A program made the translations under genes and the position numbers. The notes beneath the pieces were generated by a model. That model was not told the origin of the DNA and made no database searches. It saw nothing but the letters and a program-made list of their open reading frames with translations. Below are positions 8,491 through 17,967 of a stretch of DNA of 26,156 nucleotides, piece after piece (positions within the stretch are counted from its first letter, which is position 1; each line of letters begins with the position of its first letter). The DNA is from Zygophlyctis sp. KS116 (Eukaryota > Fungi > Chytridiomycota): the NCBI GenBank assembly GCA_054661495.1, contig BAAFSQ010000136.1, positions 1 to 26,156 on the forward strand, read 5' to 3'.

Positions 8491-11400
8491 TTATAATTTA
8501 CGAAGTCCTAAAAATCCATGTCCAAGTGACTGCTTCTTTACGCCATGATAATGAATAGATAGTGTTGATTTTGATGGTAAAGCCAAAAAGTCAATTAGAC
8601 TTAGTCCGGAAACAGTACCCTCCTCCATTTTTCCATTTCCATGCATAATGTAACCAGACGAGTGATGGACTACATATGATGGTGAGTTGATTGCAGACAT
8701 CACCGATTCTCCATTTACAACGAGCTGGATTGACGGTTTTGTTTTTGTGAAAAATGCCAATGTGATTTCGTACAATCCGGCTTCAGCAACTTTGATATTA
8801 AAAGAATCTTGTTCCCATTGGAAGTTTTCTTCGTCTAAATTGAGTTGGTGAAATGATTTACCTGTATTACGAGTTTGAATATTCCATGGGACGGCGCTCC
8901 CTAATTTTAGGCGTCCAGACTTCCAAATCCATTGCGCACATCGATGAAATGGCTCGTAAAGTTGACTGGCCAAAATATTTTTACATGAACTTAAATCAGA
9001 ACACAACAAAAACAGCTTTTCGTCGAATTCTCGCCGAATTCGCTGTTCCAAAATCTCCATTTCGTCATCAGAGGGGGTGCTACCTTCTTTCCTTGCTCGG
9101 TCCAAGTTTTGTTTATTAGAAATAAGTTTGATTTTTTCATTAATTAAATTTTCTGTAAACTGCTTGATTGATTTTAAATCATTTTTGCCAATTTCAGCAT
9201 CTGACTGATCACTGGCAATATAAAATGAATCAGGAGTTCTTAGTTTGCTTTCCAAGGATTTAATCTGATTCTTAACATAAATTTCAAGATCTTTTTTAAG
9301 TTTGCTCTTAATCTTTTCATTTTCTGTATTTTGATCAGATTCTTCTAAAACATTTGTTAATCTGGCTGGAATTGCATTCATTTTCTTTTTAGCAACCTTT
9401 TTAAGCTCATCTCTGGTAGCCAAATGTTTTACTAGTTCTTCCAGCACATCGTTATCCACTTTAGTCTCAAATTTAGATTCGAGATCCACCCAAAGTTTGG
9501 ACATGTGTACAGATAACAAATGATCGATTTGAGGAGAGGATTTTTCGTCTTGTAAACTTTTAAGATTATTATTCATTGTCCGAAGAGTTTCACCTTGAGT
9601 AATGTATTCCGATTCGATGTTTTGGATGGTTGGATTGATTTTTGTTTTAATTATTGATTCAAGATCAACAATCTTTTCTTGTATTGCAGCAAAAGTATCT
9701 CTGGAATCTAAAGCGTTAGTAAAATATATAATCGTACCCTGAAATTTTGCAAAATTCAGAGACTGGTTCTGGTTAGAAGATATGATCTTATCATCCAAAG
9801 TCTTTATCAAAATAGCAGATATCTCCACCTTTTGTTTAACATCGTGAACATCTTTAGCCAGATCTAATGAATGAGAATAAACTACTATAGATACCTTTTA
9901 TGTTGATCGAGTTCAAAGGTTTAGCCATTGATTCAACTTCACCTATTCTTGCTGCAAGTACTGATAACCTCGTATTAACGTCCAGGTTGGATTGATGTAC
10001 TTTAGTCTGTTTCATCTGAATTCCCTGATTATCAATACTTTTCCTGACATCTGTGATATCTCTTTCAACTGATTTTAATTCTAGCGAAATTTTCTGTATA
10101 TCTGATTCAAACAAACTTAATTTAGGAGTTAAAGTGGATAAATTGGAAATATCGTCTTGATTCTTTTTCCAAATATTTGATGAAAATACAACTTCTTCAA
10201 TTTTCTTATGAAGATCAATATTAACAGCTGTAGAAGGAGTGTCCGATTTCTTTAAAATTTCTTTTGATAATAAAGAATTCTTTTCAGTTATTTTTTCCAT
10301 TTTTTGACTAATTTCAGCCATTTTTTCCTTGATGTAAGGAATATTTAGAGATGATAGTGAGTCCTTGATGGTGTTTGGAACAGTTACTTCATGTTCATTT
10401 AATTTCATATCAATGTATTCTTTCTGTTTGAGTATTTCGGATTTAAGCATGTTAATAGATGCCAAAACTCCTGTATCGTGAGCAGAAGTTCTATTCTTCT
10501 CCTGTAGATCTTTTGTTGTTTCTTTGAGGGACTCAACAGCCGACTTGAAATTATCGACAATATCATTGGTGGTTTTTTGTCCAGATTTAATTTGAGCGAA
10601 CCCAGTTTCTAGTAATTTTAAGCCTTCCTGAAGTGAGTTTATCCTTTTATTGTCAATTTCATGCATCTTTGAATTCGATGCAATAGTTTCTTTAGTGGAA
10701 TCGAACTCTTTGTGCTGTTCATTTGCTAATCTTTCGATTTGATTGACTCTATCGTCTATAATTTGAAGATGTCTTTTATTTGATTTGGGCAGTTCTGCTA
10801 ATGCGGAAGAGCATTGGTACATTTCATCTTTTAATTCCCGAAACTTATTTTCTAAATCCAACATGAGAGAATGCATTTCATTTTCATTAGATTTGGTCTC
10901 GAGCGCATTATTTTCATCATTGGTTTTGGGAATCTCTTTTTCTTTTAGAATTTGAGAATCAGTAACTCGATCCACCATATTTTTTAAGCTGCTTTCGACT
11001 ATTGATATTCGCTGATCTATTTCAGCATTGCGCACCTTTGTCTTTTCTAATGATTCTACAATTGACGATTGGGCTGATTCGATTTCATTCTTGAATCTCT
11101 TATACACTTCATTAGAATTGTGAAGTGAATCTATGTCGGCAGTATGCTTCTTTTGATTCTGCGTATTTATATCTATCACATTTTCTATCCTTTTTAGATC
11201 CTCTTGGAAAGCATCGATTTTTTGTGAAAGTCCACTGGCTGAACTTGAAATCAAATTTTCGAATTTTAAATCAGTTGACTTGCTTTCCTCTTGCAACTTA
11301 ACGAATTTTTCCTGCAACGATTCTACTTTTTGGGAAAGTTCCAAATTTAAATCATTCTTTATAGTTAAAAAATCTTTGATTACCGTTTTTGAATATTCTT

Positions 11401-12373
11401 CATTATTAGTAGAGTGCTGTAGAGCATTCTGTATAGCATCTTTCAATTCAGATTCTGTTATATATTTAGTATTTTCCTTATTTATAGTAGTTAATATTTT
11501 TTTAGTTTCATCTTGCAATATTACGCGGATCTGGACCATTATATCGTTTTGAATTTGTTGTTTAATTTTGTCATGACCACTTAAAACCAAATCATCAATT
11601 GATTCTAAAACATTAATATTTTGATTGGAACTGGTAATCTGATCTTGAATTTCGTTTTTTATCCATTCTTTAGTATGATTCTTTGTTTCTTTTTCTTGTG
11701 CTCTTTCTTTATTAATATGAGCTAGTACGTTTTGCATTCGATCAATATTTAATGAATTTTTTAGTTGATCAATTTGAATTTCTACTTCATTTTGAACCCA
11801 TTCTTTTGAGAAATTTGGTTCCTCCTTTTTCATATTCTGAATCGATCTATTAATTCTTCGTAGACTCCCTAGTTTTGAGTTTGATTTTCTATCCATTGAT
11901 GATTTTTCTGTAACGATATCAATATCATTGAGAGCATCCTTTAGATTTTTCATCGTTTGATCATGCGTATGTAATGCATCAAGTACCTGGGCAATTGCTG
12001 CATTTGATTGATAATTTATGATTGATCCTCTTAAGCTATGTCTTGACGATTCTTTTAGTTTTTCAATGGATCCAAAGACCGCCTTTACTTTATTAGCGTT
12101 TGGAATTATATCCTGATTCAGTTTAAAGTCCAATGTATAAGAACTTGAATCTATTATTTTTCCCGGACCATTATAAGCCTCAAGGAACCGTGATTTCTCA
12201 ATTGATTGATTGGAGGCAAGTTCGTCAATGCCCTGTAATCTTGGCTCAAATTCCAACTCTTGGGCATAATTAGGCGTTCGATTTCCAAGTAAAGATGAAA
12301 GCATTGAAGTAGTTCCAGTATCATCTGTATCTGATAATTGTCCATCGGGCGTAGTGATAAAGCGTCTTTCCAT
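8491..12373 (-). CDS. Large coiled-coil protein with a conserved C-terminal C1q/TNF-like beta-sandwich domain
   Basis: The 885-aa and 445-aa ORFs join in frame via intron 9864-9894. Probable further introns at 9708-9737 and 8835-8861. The C-terminus QWIWKSG...VPWNIQ..NT...AGLYEITLAFF...IQLVVNGE...GFLGLRKL resembles an uncharacterised C1q-like family I recall from flagellated protists. Start codon uncertain (MERRFITT at 12373 chosen). Confidence 0.8.
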
Positions 12374-12507
12374 TTTCACGTTAAATTTTCGCGTTAAGCG
12401 CGAGTGGACAGATCTCTTGGAGTTATTTTTTATAATGGATTCATGAATGTACATAATTTCTTCAAATTTCAAAAGATCCCAATCAATAATTTCGGAGAGT
12501 AAAAACT

Positions 12508-14263
12508 TCAAACCAGTTTCGCAATTGGTTCAGGATTTTTTGATACAACAGCTCTAAAGTAAGCTGTAATAGAAGTCTTTGTGCAAGATTCCAACCATAC
12601 CGCAGTAGCATTGGATTTGGTTTCAGTTCTAAAGTTGCTGACCCAGGATCCCCAAGTTTCATTACACACTGCTGGTTTTGACCAGAGTGAATCATCAAAA
12701 CTCGTAGACTGATTCCATCCAGCGGATGGATTGAGTATTGTTTTAAAAGAAGATAATCCAGTATCAGTAGCACCTGTCACTGTCTTCGGAACATCGTCTA
12801 CATATACAGCACCCAAAAAACCTGCGATAAGACCTTCATCAATAGCCTCTACTGCAACTACCCATGGACCATTTCCTGTCACAGTAAACTTGTGAGTATT
12901 GATCATATACCAAGCATAGTTAGGATTTACCGGAATTGTCTGCCCATCAACCGTTAATTTATAGCGGTTGTCAACGGCAATGGTAACCTTAATTTCATGT
13001 GAATTACCACATCTTTGTAAAGTAATTCCTGTTTCATGAGCGTGTCTAATATTAATTTCGAAAAAAACCACTACACTTCCATTCCACATCTAGGATGAAA
13101 TGTACCAGTCAGATTGTGATTTTTGTAGAGGCTTCTTTGAAATTTAGATAAGAAAATAGTTACAATGATCGCAAATTGGGTAATTCCCCAATTTTTGGTG
13201 GAACGGGTCCTGAAAATTGATTTTGGTTAAGGTGACTTTAATTATAAATCGTAAAATATGTACAGTTCAGTCAATTTTGATTTCTCCCCAAGCCAGGATG
13301 GAATGCTTCCACTGATATGATTCAAGGTAAGATCGCTTAGTCCTCAATTTTAAAATTACTTACAGAATTTCCAAATTCACTAAATTTCCAAGTTGTTGAG
13401 GAATTTTTCCACTTATACCGTTATATCCTAGCGAACTAAAATAATTAGAGTGAGAAAACGGTTACAGTTTTCGTAAGCTTTTCAAGTTTGTAAGTTCTTC
13501 TGGAATTGATCCGCCAAGACCTCGCAACCACCAATCGATTTCGATAACGGTTGATCCCTCGGACGTAACCCCCCGTATTCCACAAGTTCCAAAGAGGCTG
13601 CCCATATGAGCTTCTTCCTCACCTTCTAACAGCTGCCATGATCGGTAAACCCAGCAACAGTCCCTGGAATTTGAATCACAGGTAACTAGGGGTGTTTTTA
13701 GACAGCTATTCAGCGTGATTCCTGTATTTTCAACATTCCTAATAGCATTAATTCGAATACTTGTACACAGTATTCCAACATTGCCGATGAAGTTGGCCAG
13801 TCAGATTCTGATTCCCATACAAATAACTTGAGATTTAAATTTAGAAAAAAAACTACAGAATTTCCAAACTTTTTAAATTTGTCACATTTCCAAATTCCGC
13901 AATTGAACCAGAGAGTTGATTGTCGTTAAGATAACTTTCATTTAAGTGTAGAAATACTTACAGTTTTTGCAATTTTTCCAAACTTCCAATTTCAGCAGGA
14001 ATTGAACCAGAGAGACCTTGAGATGCCCAGGCAAGCTCAATAACTTTGCTTGTAGAATCACAAGTCACACCAGTCATTGAGCAACAAGCAGTGGCACTAG
14101 TAGGTGATACTGAAGTAGTCTTTCCCATCAGTTGCCAAGATCGGACAACCCAACAGCAGTCCGCAGATGATGAATCACAAGTAACTTGAGACTCTGCCCC
14201 TACAATGATTGCTGATACAATCAATACCCAGAGTTTAAAGTTGTTATTTCCAATATTGAACAT
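12508..14263 (-). CDS. Secreted LRR protein, locus B (508 aa): signal peptide, two N-cap/LRR/cap modules, C-terminal lectin/CBM67-like beta-sandwich domain
   Basis: Exons 14263-13962, 13934-13857, 13826-13767, 13738-13466, 13435-13364, 13335-13264, 13235-13164, 13134-13075, 13045-12508. Eight phase-2 introns of 27-30 nt give a continuous frame. Hydrophobic leader LWVLIVSAIIVGAES|Q; two CCWVxRSWQ caps; C-terminal DNRYKLTVDG, VVAVEAIDEG..AGFL, GWNQSTSFDDSLW, AYFR motifs. Confidence 0.9.
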
Positions 14264-14690
14264 TGCTTTTAGTTACAATTTAGTTTTCAGAACGGAAACT
14301 TCTATAAATAGATCTGAACTAAGCCAAGTTGACGCCGCTTAACGACAGAGTTTGAATCGCAAGAATCACTATTCATACCAGTAGTATAGATAAGGCACAG
14401 AATGATACCGTTTTTCTTGGCAGATGCTCTCTGCTAAAATCTGTTCAAAGTGTGGCATGTGACTTATGTTCATAAGGGTGATTAATGCCAAATATGATGG
14501 GTTGTGATTTTGTGCTCTATTCATACAAATATTTACTTTAATAGTAATTCTATACATACAAAATCTGATGAATTCTCAATTATTATTATCTGTGCTCCGC
14601 TCTCTGCTCAGATTGAATTCAATTTCTTTTGATTTGTGAGTGGCTGCTGGTGGCGCCTCTTTTGAGTTGGTTGGCGCCTATTTTTAGAGT

Positions 14691-14904
14691 TCGAAGCAAC
14701 AAAGACGGCAGCAACACAGCTGCTGAACAACTACTATCAAATCCACTCCACACTTCAGACTTGCCAACCCAGAGACCAAAGTTTTTCTTCCTCCAAAACA
14801 ATAAAAACAAATGGACATCGAAGCAACAAAGACGGCAGCAACACAGCTGCTGGACAACTACTATCAAATCCACACTTCAGACTTGCCAACCCAGAGACCA
14901 AAGT
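14691..14904 (+). repeat. Direct duplication of the HNH gene 5' coding region (14691-14782 vs 14818-14904)
   Basis: 92-bp and 87-bp copies differ by one substitution and a 5-bp indel. Confidence 0.92.
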
Positions 14905-15854
14905 CCCAGTGGCAGGCCGAGAACAAACGAGGCTTATTTCTGGGCATCATTCAGGAGGGAGAAGACTCGCACATCATTCAACTACACCACCTCCTGGCCA
15001 CCAACCAATTTACTCAACAGCAGGAATTCTCAACCACCTCCCAATTGGCAGACCCACAACATCCTCGCACCTTTATCGACGACATGTTTGCCCACTACAT
15101 CCTACCATTCCACAAGGATTACAGCGACACATCCACCTGCCACACTCCGCTTTCTTCAAACCCATCATCAAGAAGCAACTCTGCCGAGGATTTGGACTAT
15201 GTCCCGGATGAGAGAGAGCTGACCCACAAGGATTTGAAGAAGGCTGTCGAGAAGAGAGACGGAGTTTGTCTGTTTTGCTGGGGAAACAAGCAATTGGAGG
15301 CAGCTCACATTATTGCTCAAAAGAACATTCCAATGGCGTACGACGGACCATCACTCCTACTGCGAGCCGGTTTGACTCAGAAACACCAAGTACAGAACGG
15401 CTTCTTGCTCTGCAAAGTGTGCCACGGCGAATTCCACCAGCTGCAGCGATATGTGGATGTAGTGGACGAGAAGCTGGTAGTCAAGGTGGTCAACTACTCA
15501 GTTCTTGGAAAAGACGACAAGCACAGGGAATGGCAAGAGACTGTAGAAGATTTACAAGTGGTGCGTGGCAACAGGCAAAAACGCTGGACCGACATTGACA
15601 ACCGACAAGCAATCGAACCCAACGGTGAAATGGCCTTGTATTTCGTCGAAAACATCGAAACCCAACTACCAAACAGAGACGCACTAGAATTCCACAAAGC
15701 AGCGTGCCTTATTTGGCGCATGGCAGGCGGTGCTGAATCAGAGGATGAGCATTGCCCTGATGATGATGACTACGTTCCTGTTGACTACCGAAGCAAGAGT
15801 ATTGAGAAATGGATGGACTCGAGTGCTACTTTGGTTATCGAAAGTACTCAATAA
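14811..15854 (+). CDS. HNH endonuclease-domain protein (HNH_2 type, resembling Crinkler-associated nuclease domains), intronless, 347 aa
   Basis: RDGVCLFC (CxxC), LEAAHII, QNGFLLCKVCHGEFH (N, CxxCH), C-terminal LPNRDALEFH..ACLIWRMAGG. Visibly more GC-rich than the flanks and has no introns. Confidence 0.85.
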   Translation: MDIEATKTAATQLLDNYYQIHTSDLPTQRPKSQWQAENKRGLFLGIIQEGEDSHIIQLHHLLATNQFTQQQEFSTTSQLADPQHPRTFIDDMFAHYILPFHKDYSDTSTCHTPLSSNPSSRSNSAEDLDYVPDERELTHKDLKKAVEKRDGVCLFCWGNKQLEAAHIIAQKNIPMAYDGPSLLLRAGLTQKHQVQNGFLLCKVCHGEFHQLQRYVDVVDEKLVVKVVNYSVLGKDDKHREWQETVEDLQVVRGNRQKRWTDIDNRQAIEPNGEMALYFVENIETQLPNRDALEFHKAACLIWRMAGGAESEDEHCPDDDDYVPVDYRSKSIEKWMDSSATLVIESTQ

Positions 15855-16062
15855 AGCCGTGTTTTCATTCTTTATTTATAATAGACTGATTTCTGAACCA
15901 AAGCAATAGTTCTTATCGTAGTAAATGTCATGGTGTAATCGCTTCAAAAAGGGGCCTTTCTTCTCATCTAACCCGACCTCCATCTACGGCTTTTTCAGTC
16001 GTTTCTCTCAATCAGTGATTCGCAACGATGTTTCAGAATAAACGATTTACAGCTCCATTGAT

Positions 16063-16485
16063 TTATTTTATATTCAAATTCACGATACTATCAGATAGAA
16101 TCATGTCGTCTTGAGTGGATTGATTGCCATCCCTCTCTCCATCATCTTCAATTGAATGGAAACTGTATCCTGAGGCAATTGAGTTGTCGTCAATGTCAAT
16201 GGTTTCACGATATGGCGGCAAAGTCCCTTTCCAGAATGAGCTTGAAGAATAATTATCTGTGAACAGAGTTTTCGCTTCGTCACCGTCCAGCCAACGACGC
16301 CATTTTGTACATTCGTTGCGAATTGTTGTCCAGGGTAATCCAGAGTATACAAACATTGGGTAATCATTCAGAAATCGATAATAAACGATGTATAAATGAC
16401 ACATGGCGTATTTCCAATTGAAATGTTTTGTTGTATAATCGTTGAAATCCTTTTGATTTTCGAAACAAAGCTCCAAAGCTGCCAA
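16063..16485 (-). pseudogene. Apparently 5'-truncated ORF of unknown family (140 codons), possibly mobile-element derived
   Basis: Open frame begins at TTG just inside the 16493-16539 hairpin. Aromatic-rich helical segment (YRFLNDYPMFVYSGLPWTTIRN) and acidic tail. No introns seen. Confidence 0.45.
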
Positions 16486-16492
16486 TCAGAAA

Positions 16493-16539
16493 ATTACAAA
16501 TTGTAAACGACTTCAAAATCACAGTTTACAATTTGTAAT
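16493..16539. repeat. Perfect 16-bp inverted repeat with 15-bp spacer
   Basis: ATTACAAATTGTAAAC (16493-16508) / GTTTACAATTTGTAAT (16524-16539). Confidence 0.9.
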
Positions 16540-16573
16540 GCATGAAGAATCATTGAAATGACCAAACTGCTAG

Positions 16574-17442
16574 TCAACTTCAAGTGAATAAACTCTCAAG
16601 TTCAATCCCTGTAGAGATTGGGAATTTAGAAAGTGTGGTAGATCTGTAATCATTTTTAAAATTAATTTCAAGTCGGCTTTTCTTGAATCAACTCTCAGGT
16701 TCGATCCCTGCTTCGATTGGAAATTTGAAAAACTTGTCCTGGCTGTAATTATTTTCAAATTTAAAATTAAAAGTCAGCTTTACAACAATCAGCTTAATGG
16801 TTCGATCCCATCTACGATTGGAAATTTAACCAATTTGACTAGACTGTAATAATTTCTTAATTAAAAATGAAACTATCAGGGTCCGTTCCTGCAGAAATTG
16901 GGAGAGTAACCAATTTGCAACAACTGTAATCATTTTCTAAATTTAAAATTAGGCTTTTTTTGAACAATACATCATTAAATGGAGCTTATGCAAGTGTAAT
17001 ACTTTTGTTATATAAGTGAAATAGAGCAGCTAGCAAAACCAGTGTCATTCTATGTGATTGTGCCACGAAAGAATCCCCAGCATTTTCTTTTCCTCCCGAA
17101 AATACTCCCAAAGCATGTCTTGCAAGTAGTACAATAGGAGGAATACTAAGAAAAAGAGCTCAGATCTTCTCGTACATGGTTGATGGAAATCAATACACTT
17201 GCAATAACAACACTGAAGGCAATCCTTCCCAAGATTGTTTGAATTCATTGATTTTCTATTGCAATTCTGATAGACTCAATGGAGGAGTTTCTTCTGTCAA
17301 TGAATGCAAGAATAGAGTAGATGACATGTCTAGAAGTTTGAATGGACATTGGCAAACGTGGCGCTCTCGCTGTTCTAATTCCGCTTGGACATTTTCAAGC
17401 TCTAGAATATTAAATCCAAGACTCTATTATGGGATAGGCTGA
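16574..17442 (+). pseudogene. Headless LRR locus C: three intact 72-nt LRR exons, one broken exon, shortened cap exon, terminal exon with RKR and truncated Cys-rich domain
   Basis: Exons 16574-16645, 16673-16744 and 16774-16845 are intact. The next exon lacks its acceptor G and first ~19 nt (ATGAAA|CTATCAGGG at 16872/3). The cap exon 16953-16995 is 43 nt instead of 60 and shifts frame. Terminal exon 17025-17442 reads AASKTSVILCDC...ILRKRAQIFSYMVDGNQYTC...NPSQDC. No signal or N-cap exon is seen upstream. Confidence 0.85.
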
Positions 17443-17466
17443 AATGATCATTTACATTCATTCCTC

Positions 17467-17659
17467 TCATAAACCAACCTAAAAATCTATAAAACTCTAT
17501 AAAACACCAAAAAAACTATAAAACTCTAAAGAAAACACCAAAAAATCTATAAAACTCTATGAAACAGCAAAAAAATCTATAAAATCTCAAAAGAAACTAA
17601 AAAAAGAAAATCTTGATACAACATTGATATCGAAAAAAAATAAAAGGAATGGTTTATGA
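17467..17659. mobile_element. MITE-like element, copy 2 (193 bp) with ~4 internal ~30-bp tandem repeats
   Basis: TIR TCATAAACCA (17467-17476) / TGGTTTATGA (17650-17659). Internal AAAAATCTATAAAACTCTATAAAACACCAA-like repeats at about 17481-17600. Homologous to 4392-4538. Confidence 0.72.
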
Positions 17660-17967
17660 TTTCTCTACACAAGTACTAAAGTACACTGACACTTGAGTCA
17701 AATCGTGACCAGAGCGGTGAAAATGCTCCAATTGCTCTTTATTCCGAATGTTTGTAATAAGTTTCAACTATAACCCAGGTCATTCTTTGTTGAATCTAGA
17801 ATTACCAAGTTTACTTGAATTTTATATGTTTTCTTGATAATACAAAACTATTACTAGTAAAAGGCTACGTAGACATTCAAATTCTGAATGCATATAGTAG
17901 TACGTACAGATAAACTGCTAAAAATAACAATTTACCGTTTAGATTGCATCCAATCACAATTGGAAAT

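Noticed and set aside
12374-12511. N-terminal extension MKFLLSE... of the 885-aa ORF
   Set aside because: It starts at TTG and overlaps the stop of locus B; a downstream ATG is more plausible in a eukaryote.
14369-14557. 62-aa minus-strand ORF upstream of locus B
   Set aside because: No motif, homologue or splice link that I can support.
14619-15721. Several alternative-frame and antisense ORFs over the HNH gene (e.g. 14629-15222, 14909-15211, 15266-15598)
   Set aside because: Expected in GC-richer sequence. Only 14811-15854 has recognisable motifs.
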